Both the position numbers and the translations under genes were made by a program. A DNA stretch of 64,000 nucleotides from Thermoanaerobaculia bacterium (GTDB lineage Bacteria; Acidobacteriota; Thermoanaerobaculia; UBA5066), in NCBI GenBank assembly GCA_963816185.1, contig CAWFJJ010000025.1, positions 552,794-616,793 on the forward strand, in the 5' to 3' direction. A model generated the notes under the pieces. It made no database searches, was not told where the DNA came from, and worked only from the letters and a program-made list of their open reading frames with translations. Shown here piece by piece: positions 48,316 to 57,409 of this stretch (the first letter of the stretch is position 1; each line of letters opens with the position of its first letter).

Positions 48316-48388
48316 CCCGCGGGATGTCGAATCGACATCGAGCTTCATTGTAACTGTTTCGGCGCGGCTGGAAAAATGAAACACTCGG

Positions 48389-50711
48389 ATGGTGTTGAGG
48401 CGCTTCCGCCGGGATGACGACCGGCGCCGCGAGCCGCCGCTCGCTTTCGCCGCGCTCGTCTTGGGCGCCGTCGCCGCCTCCCGGTTCTTCGCGCTCGCGC
48501 ATTCGCCGGGCGAGATCGACGAGGCGATCTTCGCGGGCGCCGTGACGCATTTCGACCTGTTCGACCTGTCGCCGCAGGCGCCCGGCTTTCCCGTGTGGAT
48601 CCTGCTCGGCCGGGCCCTGCTGCCGTTGTGCGTCACGCCGTTCAACGCGCTCGCGACGGCGTCCACGGTGCTCGCCGCCTGCAGCGTTCCCGCCCTTTAC
48701 GTCTGGGGCCGGCGCGTCGTCGGCGGGTGGGCCGCGCTCGCGGGCGTCGTCTTCGCGTTCGCGCTTCCCGTCGTCTGGGTGAACGGGGGGCGCGCGTTCT
48801 CCGACACGCCCGCCACGGCTCTCTTCCTCGGCGCGCTCGCGTGTCTCGGGACCGCCGAGGAGAGGCGCTCGCCGAACCAGACGCGCTGGCGCGACCTGGT
48901 GGCCGCCCGGCGCGCCCGGCTTCTCGGGCTCGCGGCGGGGCTCCTCGCGGCCGCGGGCTGCGGCGATTCGGCCGCATCTCCTTCTCGCCTTCTTCCCGAT
49001 CCTCCTCCTCTCCATGTTGCGGCTCATGGTCCGGCACGACCGGGCCGACGCGGCTTGGACGTTCGGCCTGTCCGCTCTTGCCGGCACCTCCGCGTGGTTC
49101 GTCTGGCTGTTCGCGCAGGCGGGCGGCGCGCCCGGGCTCTTCGCGTCGCTGTCCGAGCGCGCCGAATTTCGCACGCACGCGTTCGCGACCGGCACCGTCG
49201 GGTCACTCCTCGACTCCTTCCTCGTGCGGGACTTTCTCACGTGGCGGCGGGCGCTGGTCGTCCTCGCGGTCGCGGCCACGGGCCTCCTCGCCCTCGCCAT
49301 CCGCAAACGCCGAGGCTTTCTCGATCTCGTCCTCGTCCTCGCCCCGACGTTCTTCTCGCTGTGGTTCCTCCACAGCCGCGCGATGTCCCGCTACTCCGTG
49401 CCGTTCGTCCTCGTCCTCGGCCTCGCGGTGGGGGCGGGGCTCGAGGCGCTCCTCCGGCGCGGCTTCCTCGCGTTCGGCGCGGCCGGTCTCGCCGGGCTCT
49501 TCCTGGCTCGCGAGGCCTGGCCCGAGGTGCGCGCGAGCGCACGGGAGGAGACTCCGCCCATCGCCGCCCTGCGCGACCTCGAACGCTGGGTGCATCCCGG
49601 CCGCGAGACGATCGTGGCCGATCCGGACTTTCAAGCCTTCCTCAGGACCGAGCGTTGGGAAGGGCGCCTCGTCGTGTGGGGCTACCTGGATCACGAGCTC
49701 GTGCAGGCGCCGCGCCAGATGAACAAGCGCCTCGTGCGCCTTGCCGACTTCACGGACGAAACCGGCCCGCCGACCCTCGTCGATCCTCTTTGGCGCTCTT
49801 ATGAGAGAAGCGGACGGGTGGCGGAGGCGCTCGGGAACCGTCGGCTTCTCCACGTCGCCGTGCGCGATCCGGCGCCGCCGCTCTTCGGCGTGGGGTTCGG
49901 CGTGAGGGAGTCGATACCAGGCAAGCCTTCGTTTCGCTGGGCAGGACCCGTCGCGCATCTGTACGTGCCGGCAGATCAAGGCCCGCTCTGCGCCGTGCTG
50001 TCGGGCGAGCGGCCCGAGGACGCCGGCGAGACGACGCTGCGCGTGACGGAAGCGGGCTCGGGACGCCTGCTCCTCGAGCGCCGGATCGCGCCGGGTCCGT
50101 TCGACCTTGCGATCGTGCCTCGCGCGATCTTCGGGCCGATGCCGGGGCCCTCGGAATACGTGCTGTCCTGCGACCGGTCGAAGGACTTGCCTCCGCTCGA
50201 GGGCGCGAAGCGGCCGGCGAAAGGCTGTTTCACGATTCGCGAGGCGACGTACGCCTACGCGCCGGAAGCGCTCTGGACGAAGCAGGAGCCTCGGCTCGTG
50301 GCCGACCTCGGCGCGCCCGACGACGGCCGCTTCGACCCGGAAGGCTTCTTCTCACGCGAGAAAAGCGCGGACACGGGCCTCGATCTCCGTTGGACGACGA
50401 ACACCGCTTCGATCGTCTTCTCTCCCGTTCCGGGCTTCACCCCGTCGCGGCTCATCCTGCGCGCGCGCTCCGTCGCGTCGCCCGTCGACGTCGACGTGTC
50501 GGTCGGTGAGGTGCCGGCCGGCTCTGTCCGCGTGGATGTGGGCCTTGCGGAAGTGTCGCTCCCGCTGTCGTCCGACGCCCAGCGTGCTCTCGCGGGCCCC
50601 GAGCCCGTCCGGCTTTGGTTCCACACGCCGACGACCGTTCCGAAGGACGCCGGAAAGGGAGACGACACCCGGGCCCTCGGGATCGGCGTCGACCGGGTCT
50701 CGCTGGAGTAG
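48389..50711 (+). CDS. Polytopic membrane protein, GT-C glycosyltransferase-like; frameshift near 48963
   Basis: EIDE..F, PQAPGFPVW, AFSDTPA and many TM segments. The frame continues as IRPHLLLAFF into ORF 49014..50711. Confidence 0.65.
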
Positions 50712-50765
50712 ACGGAACGTGTGCTCGCTGACGTGGAGCGGTGGTTCGATCACTTCGCAGGCTTC

Positions 50766-51152
50766 TCAGGCGATGACGGCTCCCCGCTCGAGAAGGAGCT
50801 CACGGAGAATAGACCGATGACAGCGTTCCTCGGAAGGACAGTAGCAGCCTACCGAGAACGACGTGGCGTGAGAGAGAGCGGCGAGAAGATCCAGGACATG
50901 CGCTTTGTCCGGCCGCTTCATCTCGGTGCGATAGCGTCTGCTGAAGGCCCGCCATCGGACAGCGTCGTCTGCCGCCCGGCCCGCCTTGACGAGCTCCTCG
51001 CTGGGCGCCACCTCGGGAAGCCAGATGTCGTAGAAATCGCGGGACGCGAAGTCGGCCTTCGGGACTCCGCGCGGCGGGCGTCGAACCGTTCCGATCCGAA
51101 GGCCCTCGCCCGGGAGCCTTGAACTTCCTAGTCTGACGACGCGAATGGACAT
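50766..51152 (-). CDS. DUF488/YeaO family protein (probable cassette-derived gene)
   Basis: RIGTVRRPPRGVPK, WLPEVAPS, F.RRYRTEM, CYC...RCHRSIL. Confidence 0.85.
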   Translation of the reverse strand: MSIRVVRLGSSRLPGEGLRIGTVRRPPRGVPKADFASRDFYDIWLPEVAPSEELVKAGRAADDAVRWRAFSRRYRTEMKRPDKAHVLDLLAALSHATSFSVGCYCPSEERCHRSILRELLLERGAVIA

Positions 51153-51194
51153 TCGTATCTCCTGGGGCGGTCTTCCGTGACCGACTCTGAGCAC

Positions 51195-51254
51195 GCCTGA
51201 CGATAGCGACCTCGACGGCGGGCGCACGCGATCCCGCTGCATGGGGTGTCAGGG
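51195..51254 (-). other. Degenerate attC site
   Basis: gcctgacgatagc...cccgctgca...gtcaggg aligns along its length with the 60-bp attC consensus of this array. The upstream ORF stop (51249-51251) lies inside its core site. Confidence 0.6.
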
Positions 51255-51638
51255 AGGACACGCCTTTTCGAATTGCACACGCAGACCCTGAAACGACAGG
51301 CTGTACGAGTAGCCGCGTGACTCGTCGCGCCGCCAGGAAACGACTCTGTCGCGCCACCCTGGATGTGCCCGCAGGGTACGGTCATAAGCGTTTCTGGCTC
51401 GTGACGACTCCCTGGGGTAAAGGCAATAACAGCTGTCTGCGGGCGCCAGATGACGCTTGACGCAGTCCGCGACTCTATCCCTTACCGCGTCGATCGCGGT
51501 CTTCAGCACCGCCGCATCGTGAACGTCGGCAGGCCTCTCCAGTGTGATCGGCGGGGACGGGGTTGCCCCAGCACCGTGCGCCGGTGATCCCGCCGAGCCG
51601 GTTGACAACAGCAGTACGGTGTAGAGAAGTGGGCTCAT
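51249..51638 (-). CDS. Hypothetical exported protein (gene cassette)
   Basis: 129-aa ORF with a hydrophobic N-terminus and several Cys; it ends inside an attC-like site. Confidence 0.6.
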   Translation of the reverse strand: MSPLLYTVLLLSTGSAGSPAHGAGATPSPPITLERPADVHDAAVLKTAIDAVRDRVADCVKRHLAPADSCYCLYPRESSRARNAYDRTLRAHPGWRDRVVSWRRDESRGYSYSLSFQGLRVQFEKACPP

Positions 51639-51705
51639 GCGTGCCGATCCTCAAGCAGCGAGAGCAGCGGATGCGATGGCGACAATGGAACCTATGGGTC
51701 CCATA

Positions 51706-52242
51706 CTATCCTCCATCTCCGAGTGTTACAGAGGCACGTTTCGTCCACTGCCACAGGCCGGCGGTCACTGCGGCTGGCAAGCGGAAGCCGATCTGCCTCG
51801 CCACCAACACGATCTGTCCGCGGTGATGGCCCTCGTGAGCGACGAAGTACGTTAGCAGGTGGCCGACGTCCAGCGGCAGATTCCTCCACACGTAAGCCGG
51901 GCTGGCTGGAACCTTTCCGCCGCAGCCACACCCGAGCCGCAAGAGGTCTTCGATGCCCCGGCTACTCCTGTTCAGTGCCGCGACCAGCTGGCGGCGGCTC
52001 ACCTTCCGGCGGTCGACGGCGGACGGAACCGGGATGCCATGGGGCCGGCCGAGGGTCTTGAGCCACATGCAGCGGGCGTTGTGGAGGTGGCCGGCGAGCA
52101 TGCGAATCGTCTTCCGCGGGGCTCCGGGCACCGGGGCCTCCCATACCGCGGTGGGGACGTGCCTGACGAGAAAGACAGTGACCTGATGATTGGTCCGCCA
52201 AGCCGCCAAGATGGTCTCGGTGAGATCGCGAAGGGCGGGCAT
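51706..52242 (-). CDS. DinB family protein (gene cassette)
   Basis: GHLHNARCMW, YFVAHEGHHRGQI. RBS AGGAG upstream of the ATG at 52242. Confidence 0.85.
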   Translation of the reverse strand: MPALRDLTETILAAWRTNHQVTVFLVRHVPTAVWEAPVPGAPRKTIRMLAGHLHNARCMWLKTLGRPHGIPVPSAVDRRKVSRRQLVAALNRSSRGIEDLLRLGCGCGGKVPASPAYVWRNLPLDVGHLLTYFVAHEGHHRGQIVLVARQIGFRLPAAVTAGLWQWTKRASVTLGDGG

Positions 52243-52278
52243 TTCGGGTCTCTCCTGATATTTCGCGCTGACGCGTAA

Positions 52279-52332
52279 CGCTAACAAGGTCGGCAGCAAG
52301 CGTTGCGAGTCCGCTGCAGCGCGTCGTTAGGC
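52279..52332 (-). other. attC site
   Basis: Minus strand GCCTAAC-gacgcgctgcagcggactcgc...-GTTAGCG, directly downstream of the CoA-binding gene. Confidence 0.8.
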
Positions 52333-52343
52333 AGCGGCCCAAC

Positions 52344-52811
52344 CTACCCGGGGACGCGACGCCAGAGACGAAGCCACCAACGGAAAAGCCGGTGACCAGG
52401 ATCCACGGGCTGGCAATACATGAGTGGGCAACCACCCACGATGGGCTCGATGCCGTGCTGCCGACATGCTTCGAGTGCCTCGGACGACACACTGCCAGCC
52501 CCGAAAGACCTGTGGAACCAGATGCGGCGAATGCCCCGGGCCGCCGCCTCTCGCACGATGGACGCCCCGACAGACGGATGGGTGGCGACAAGGACGCCGT
52601 GCAGTTCGCCCGGGACGGCTGAAAGGGTGGGATAAGCGCGCGCTCCTTCGAGCTCGGACGCGTTGGGATTGACGGGAATGGCTTCATGCCCGCATTGCTG
52701 GAGGCGACGAAAGATGGCGTTGGCGGGCGCGCGACCCGTACGCGAGACACCAGCGACGACGATGCGTTTACCGGCGAGAAAATCGGCGACGGACGGGGGA
52801 AGAGGCTGCAT
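52344..52811 (-). CDS. CoA-binding protein (YccU-like; gene cassette)
   Basis: KRIVVAGVSR, IPVNP, AYPTL, RIWF..G, GGCPLM. Confidence 0.88.
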   Translation of the reverse strand: MQPLPPSVADFLAGKRIVVAGVSRTGRAPANAIFRRLQQCGHEAIPVNPNASELEGARAYPTLSAVPGELHGVLVATHPSVGASIVREAAARGIRRIWFHRSFGAGSVSSEALEACRQHGIEPIVGGCPLMYCQPVDPGHRLFRWWLRLWRRVPG

Positions 52812-52836
52812 GGATGCGATGCCGCACTTATCGGCC

Positions 52837-52916
52837 GCCTAACGATATCGCGCTCAGCGGTGAGAAGGAAGGAGCCCGGTGGCTGACGCCGAGTCCGCTG
52901 CAATAACGGGTTAGGC
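52837..52916 (-). other. attC site (intact, 80 bp)
   Basis: Plus strand gcctaac gatatcgc gctcagcgg...ccgctgca...gttaggc, with complementary core sites and L boxes. Confidence 0.85.
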
Positions 52917-52931
52917 GACGGTTCTCGAACC

Positions 52932-53612
52932 TCACGCGAGGAGTCTGGGGCCGAGCCCCTGAACGACGACGTCGCCGACAAAGTGGCAAATGATCGCGTA
53001 CGGAAGACCCCAGCGCCAGAACAGCCAGCCGAAGAGCAGGCCTCCGGCACCGTTAAGAAGCAGTACCGCGCCGATCAAGGTTGTGGTCGGATGCGCTACC
53101 GCCAGCCAAGCTGGCAGATGAACTAACGCGAAAAGCAACGCGGAGGTGAGGAGGGATAGGAACATGGCTCGCGCTGAAGTGGGACTTAGCCAATTGACCA
53201 ACCAAGCGATGACACTCATTGCAAAAAGGCGAAAGACAACCTCTTCGAGAATCGACGATTCGAAGGCCAACGCCAACGGGCGCCATGCTGGCTCAGTGAG
53301 ACGATTCAGGAAGCGAGCATGAAGCGCTGGCTCACGCTGGGCCAGGAACGCGAGAGCGGCCAAGAGCACGAACCCGAGTGCGCCACCGGCCACGGCAGAG
53401 AGGAGGGCTAAGCGGCCTCGCTGTCGTCCTAGATGCGCCGGAACGCGGCGGCAGCGCGACGCAGCGGAGAAGCCCGAGATCACGAAGAAAGCGCCCGCGA
53501 CGGAGCCGACCGCTACGTAAATCACGTTGGCCGGCTGTGGCACCGCCAGACAGAGCGCGAGCACGAATGCCAGCCAGGTGCCGAGGAGTGTGACGATGGG
53601 TTCTCTGTCCAC
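52932..53612 (-). CDS. CPBP (CAAX protease-like/Abi) intramembrane metalloprotease (gene cassette)
   Basis: EEVVFR, LFALVH, GWLFWRWGL..AIICH. GTG start at 53612 preferred because the 53666 start lies in an IS remnant. Confidence 0.85.
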   Translation of the reverse strand: MDREPIVTLLGTWLAFVLALCLAVPQPANVIYVAVGSVAGAFFVISGFSAASRCRRVPAHLGRQRGRLALLSAVAGGALGFVLLAALAFLAQREPALHARFLNRLTEPAWRPLALAFESSILEEVVFRLFAMSVIAWLVNWLSPTSARAMFLSLLTSALLFALVHLPAWLAVAHPTTTLIGAVLLLNGAGGLLFGWLFWRWGLPYAIICHFVGDVVVQGLGPRLLA

Positions 53613-53646
53613 GCTGCCTGCGAAGTGACTCGTTGCCGGCTCCGCA

Positions 53647-53772
53647 GCCTGAGGATATCGTTTCAATGAAATCGAGAAAAGGGCCGTCCTCGCCGACCAA
53701 GCAAGGGAGGACAGCCCGATGAGGTGCCGACCTCTCTGGAGGGGTTCTCCTCGCTGCGGCGCGTTGTTAGGC
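53647..53772. mobile_element. Degenerate attC containing an internally deleted remnant of the IS1111-type element
   Basis: gcctgag gatatc gtttcaatgaa...gtcctcgccgac / caagcaagggaggacagcccgatg / aggtgccgacctct...ctcg: three pieces of the IS at 55694, joined to the attC half gctgcggcgcgttgttaggc. Confidence 0.8.
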
Positions 53773-53778
53773 AGCAGG

Positions 53779-55183
53779 CGGGTTCAGTCCGGGCACATGG
53801 GTTACAGAACGGTCCAGGCACATGGGTGACACAGGGCAGAGTTCGGGCGGGAGGAGAAACGCCCGATGCCCTGGAAGGAGACGACACCCGTGGCCGAGAG
53901 GATGCAGAGCCTGGTGGATTATCGAAGCGGGCTTTTCACGGTGAGCTTTCTGGCCGAGCGGCACGGCGTGAGCCGCAAGACGCTCTACAAGTGGATCGAG
54001 AGATTCGAGGCGGAAGGTGTGGCAGGGCTCGAGGACCAGATGCGCCGGCCGCACTGGCACCCGAATCAGACCGCTGGGGATGTCGAGTCGGCCATCACCG
54101 AGTTTCGACGCAAACACCCCGACTGGGGCCCGAAGAAGATCGTCCACGTGCTGGCGACGCGCGACCAGGAGACGAGCTGGCCGGCACGAAGCACGGTGGC
54201 GGCGATTCTCAAGAGACACGGGCTCGTGAAGGCGCGGCGCCGCAGACGGCCCGTCGGGCATCCGGGACGTCCGATGACGGTGGCTGAGAAGGCGAATGCG
54301 CTGTGGGCCACGGACTTCAAGGGCGAGTTCCTGACGGGCGACGGGATCTACTGCTACCCGCTGACGGTGAGCGACCTCTATAGCCGATACCTCATCGGGT
54401 GCAGAGGGCTGCTCTCGACGAAGGCGGACGGCGTGAAGAAAAGCTTCGAACGGCTGTTTCGCGAACATGGATTGCCCGATGCGATCCGAAGCGACAACGG
54501 GGTTCCGTTTGCGTCGACGGGCCTGGGGCGGCTCTCGCGCCTCTCGGTGTGGTGGATCAAGCTGGGAATCAGGCCCGAGCTCACGCAGCCGGCCCACCCC
54601 GAGCAGAACGGCTCGCACGAGAGGATGCATCGCACGCTCAAGCGGGCGACGACTCACCCCGTGGGGCGCGACCTCAGAGGCCAGCAGAAACGCTTCGACG
54701 CCTTCCAGCTGGAGTTCAACACCGAGCGGCCCCACGAAAGCATCGGCATGAAACGGCCCGCCGATCTTTACCGTCCTTCACTGCGCACGTTCCCGTCCAA
54801 GCTCGCACCCATCGAGTACCCGGGCCACTTCGAGGTCAGGCGCGTCAGCCGCAACGGCGGGATCCGCTGGAAGACGGGCTGGCTCAGCGTCAGCCACCCC
54901 CTGATCGACGAGTACGTCGGGCTCGAGGAGGTCGACGACGGCATCTGGAACCTGTACTTCGGTTCGCTACTGCTGGGGCGCTTCGACGAGCGCGACAAGA
55001 AACTCTATGCAGCCTTTTATGAACACCGGCCCTGGCACCGCGGCGGCCGCACTAGGCGCGGGGCTGAGAGCTCTACGCAAGAAGATTTCCACGATCTCCA
55101 CAGCACGACGACGACGAGGTAACTGTTGATAAGTGTTACCCATGTGCCTGGACTAAAGTGTTACCTATGTGCCCGACCGTTCA
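53779..55183 (+). mobile_element. IS481-family insertion sequence, copy 1
   Basis: Both ends carry two copies of ggcacat(g/a)ggt.aca in inverted orientation (53787-53832; 55135-55183). Exact termini are uncertain by a few bp. Confidence 0.85.
53866..55122 (+). CDS. IS481-family DDE transposase
   Basis: HTH GVSRKTLYKW; rve core WATDFKG, RSDNG, QNGSHERMHRTLK, FNTERPHE. Confidence 0.92.
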   Translation: MPWKETTPVAERMQSLVDYRSGLFTVSFLAERHGVSRKTLYKWIERFEAEGVAGLEDQMRRPHWHPNQTAGDVESAITEFRRKHPDWGPKKIVHVLATRDQETSWPARSTVAAILKRHGLVKARRRRRPVGHPGRPMTVAEKANALWATDFKGEFLTGDGIYCYPLTVSDLYSRYLIGCRGLLSTKADGVKKSFERLFREHGLPDAIRSDNGVPFASTGLGRLSRLSVWWIKLGIRPELTQPAHPEQNGSHERMHRTLKRATTHPVGRDLRGQQKRFDAFQLEFNTERPHESIGMKRPADLYRPSLRTFPSKLAPIEYPGHFEVRRVSRNGGIRWKTGWLSVSHPLIDEYVGLEEVDDGIWNLYFGSLLLGRFDERDKKLYAAFYEHRPWHRGGRTRRGAESSTQEDFHDLHSTTTTR

Positions 55184-55811
55184 CTGCGGTTCAGGCGAGC
55201 TCTTGCCCACGCTTGGCGACGCGCTTCCGTACGGGCTGCGCTTCGATCAGCCACAGGCTGCCCGTGGGTACGCTGACCTGCGACACGGAATTCGCGCCAG
55301 TACTCGTGCATGACGTGCCGAGCTCTGCTTGAGAAATGGGATAGCCGGTTGCGGCGAGTCTCCTTCGCTCAGTTTTGTACAGGCGATGCCATCCACCAGA
55401 ACGCGGTAGCCCGTAGGCGTGCGGAGTGCCGCGTGGCTTATATCAGACGGGGCGACGCCCCGCGTTTGTGACCCGAAGAAGGCCGGTGAGACCCATCCGC
55501 GCCGGACCGGCCGCTGGCAGGACTCTCCATGACCGAGTTGGCGCGGCGACGACCGCCTGCGGGCGATCACGACGGCAGTCGAGGATGGAGAGAATGACCC
55601 CGGACTGCCCGAACAAGAGGCCCGCGACGACGGTCAGGATCGGTGAGGATCGAGGCCATGTACACGCACCTCGTTGCCGGGCCTAACGATATCGTTTCAA
55701 TGAAGAGGAGAAAAGGGCTGTCCTCGCCGACGTGGTCACCGAAGAATCGGGCCACAACGATTAACGGGGTCAACCTCCGAGGAGGTGCCCCAAGCAAGGG
55801 AGGACAGCCCG

Positions 55812-56915
55812 ATGAAATCTTATGTGGGACTGGACGTTCACAGCAAGTCGAGCGTTTTCATGATTCAGAACGAGCGGGGAGAGGAGCTGGGACGAGGCGA
55901 GGTGCCGACCTCTGTGGAAGGGTTTTCCTCGTTGCGGCTACGTTTCAAGCTTCGCGCCTCGACGCTGGTGGCTCTCGAATCGGGGACGATGGCGTTTTTT
56001 GCGGCGCGAAAGCTCAGTGAGCTGGGGCTTTCGCCCGTCGTGGTGGATGCGCGAGAGGTCAGGATCAAAGCCCATCGGCCCCGGCAGAAAAGCGACACGA
56101 GAGACGCCGTTGAACTGTGCGAAGGCCTGCGGCGTGGAATCTACCGGTCGATCGTGCATGTGCCGCCGGAGAAGATCGAGCACCTTAGAAATACCCTCTC
56201 GAGGCGCCGCCATTTCGTGCGTCTCGGGACGGCGCAGATCAACGCGGCGAAAAAGATGCTCCGGAGCGCGGGGCTCTCCGAGCTCAGCCGCCAGCATCTC
56301 GGGACCCTTCGCGCGTGGCAGCGCCTTCTTGGGGCCCTGGTTCCACATCCGCAGGTAAGGAGCTACGTCGAGCTTCACCACCGCGCCTGGCAGACTGCCC
56401 TCGAGCAGAAGAACGCGTGCGAGAAGAGCCTCGAAAGCCAGCACGCCGCCTTCGGCGAAGACCTCGAGAGACTCAAAACCGTTCCAGGAGTCGGGGAGAT
56501 CGTGGCGCTGACGGCAATCGCTGTCTTCTCAGACGCCACGCGCTTTCCGACCGCCAAGCATGCGGCGAGCTACGCGGGGCTCGTCCCGCAAACCTACCAG
56601 TCGGGCGAAACGAACCGCCAGGGCCACATCACCAGGACGGGTTCGCCGGAGCTGCGGGCCATGCTCGTGCAGGCGGCTCACACGGCCAGGCGGCAAAGCA
56701 GCCCACTGAATCCGTTTCTGAGAACTCTCACGTTGCGCCTGGGGACACGCCGCGCTGTCACGGCCGTGGCGCATCGTCTCTGTCGGGTTCTTTACGCGAT
56801 GCTTCGAGACAAGACGAGCTTTGATCGATCGATGCTGAAAGCCCACGAGCCGCGCACGGCGGTAAAGGATGCCCGGATCTATCGACTGAAACCTCAAGCG
56901 GCAAAGAGCCGCTGA
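55812..56915 (+). CDS. IS110-family DEDD transposase/recombinase
   Basis: YVGLDVH, ALES, KSDTRDA, VPGVGEIVA, YAGLVPQTYQSG. GGAGG RBS before the ATG at 55812. Confidence 0.95.
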   Translation: MKSYVGLDVHSKSSVFMIQNERGEELGRGEVPTSVEGFSSLRLRFKLRASTLVALESGTMAFFAARKLSELGLSPVVVDAREVRIKAHRPRQKSDTRDAVELCEGLRRGIYRSIVHVPPEKIEHLRNTLSRRRHFVRLGTAQINAAKKMLRSAGLSELSRQHLGTLRAWQRLLGALVPHPQVRSYVELHHRAWQTALEQKNACEKSLESQHAAFGEDLERLKTVPGVGEIVALTAIAVFSDATRFPTAKHAASYAGLVPQTYQSGETNRQGHITRTGSPELRAMLVQAAHTARRQSSPLNPFLRTLTLRLGTRRAVTAVAHRLCRVLYAMLRDKTSFDRSMLKAHEPRTAVKDARIYRLKPQAAKSR

Positions 56916-57112
56916 AGACGAAGAAAGGAAAAGCACGCCGCAAATCTTGCCGAGAATCGGGTGGATGACCCTGCTGCTGAGCATTGGGCCGCAGAGCCCG
57001 GGATATCGTTTGGGGCGCCATCCGCTGAAGTGATACGTGGGGCTCTGACCCCGAATGGACGAGTGGCCGGCTGTTTCGTGCGGCGCAAGCAAGACATTAT
57101 TCAGCGAGGGGC
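56916..57112 (+). ncRNA. Putative bridge/seek RNA of IS1111-type copy 1
   Basis: Non-coding region 3' of tnp. Predicted internal loop carries GCTGAGC (56976-56982) and GATATCGTT (57002-57010), both matching the attC target. Limits are inferred. Confidence 0.6.
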
Positions 57113-57174
57113 TTGACAGGAATCTTCATGGGCAAGCTCAGCGGCGAGCGCAGCGAGTCCGCTGCAGCGCGTTG

Positions 57175-57405
57175 TTAGGCAGCAGGGACCGCGTGACCGA
57201 GTGCGCGCTGAACCTGGGCAGGAAGAGTGATGGCCCTGAAGAGGTTCTTCGGATAGACGTAGTCCTCGCCCGACTCGTCGACAACGCGCAGGTGGTCCGC
57301 GGGCCCGTGTGCCGGCGCACCGAGCGTGCGATAGACCTTACCGACCTCGAGCGACGCCGCATAGCCCGCCGAGTTGACGCAGATGACCCACCGACGCGCC
57401 GGCAC
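57175..57405 (-). CDS. Small conserved hypothetical protein, putative immunity/antitoxin (cassette gene 2)
   Basis: VICVNSAGYAASLEVGKVY..LRVVDESGEDYVYP. Its stop TAA is inside the attC core GCCTAAC. Start uncertain (57405 or 57465). Confidence 0.7.
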   Translation of the reverse strand: MPARRWVICVNSAGYAASLEVGKVYRTLGAPAHGPADHLRVVDESGEDYVYPKNLFRAITLPAQVQRALGHAVPAA

Positions 57406-57409
57406 CGCG

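Larger units (their letters stand above)
55694..57133 (+). mobile_element. IS110-family, IS1111-type insertion sequence, copy 1 (about 1440 bp)
   Basis: Subterminal IRs ATGAAGA/TCTTCAT, no target duplication, long 3' non-coding region. Boundaries are ambiguous by 1 nt (shared C). Confidence 0.9.
55681..57180 (-). other. attC site interrupted by IS1111-type copy 1 (halves 55681-55693 and 57134-57180)
   Basis: Removing the IS gives a 60-bp gcctaacgatatc|aagctcagcggcgagcgcagcgagtccgctgcagcgcgttgttaggc. Confidence 0.85.

Noticed and set aside
50712-50770. Possible further attC, or a tRNA-like fragment (ggttcgatc), after the DUF488 gene
   Set aside because: No convincing core sites, L boxes or cloverleaf.
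51639-51705. Expected attC between the DinB gene and the hypothetical gene
   Set aside because: No AAC/GTT core or similarity to the array consensus. Either a two-gene cassette or a lost site.
55184-55680. Cassette-sized interval between IS481 copy 1 and the next attC
   Set aside because: Probably a decayed cassette, but no single credible ORF or family motif could be assigned.
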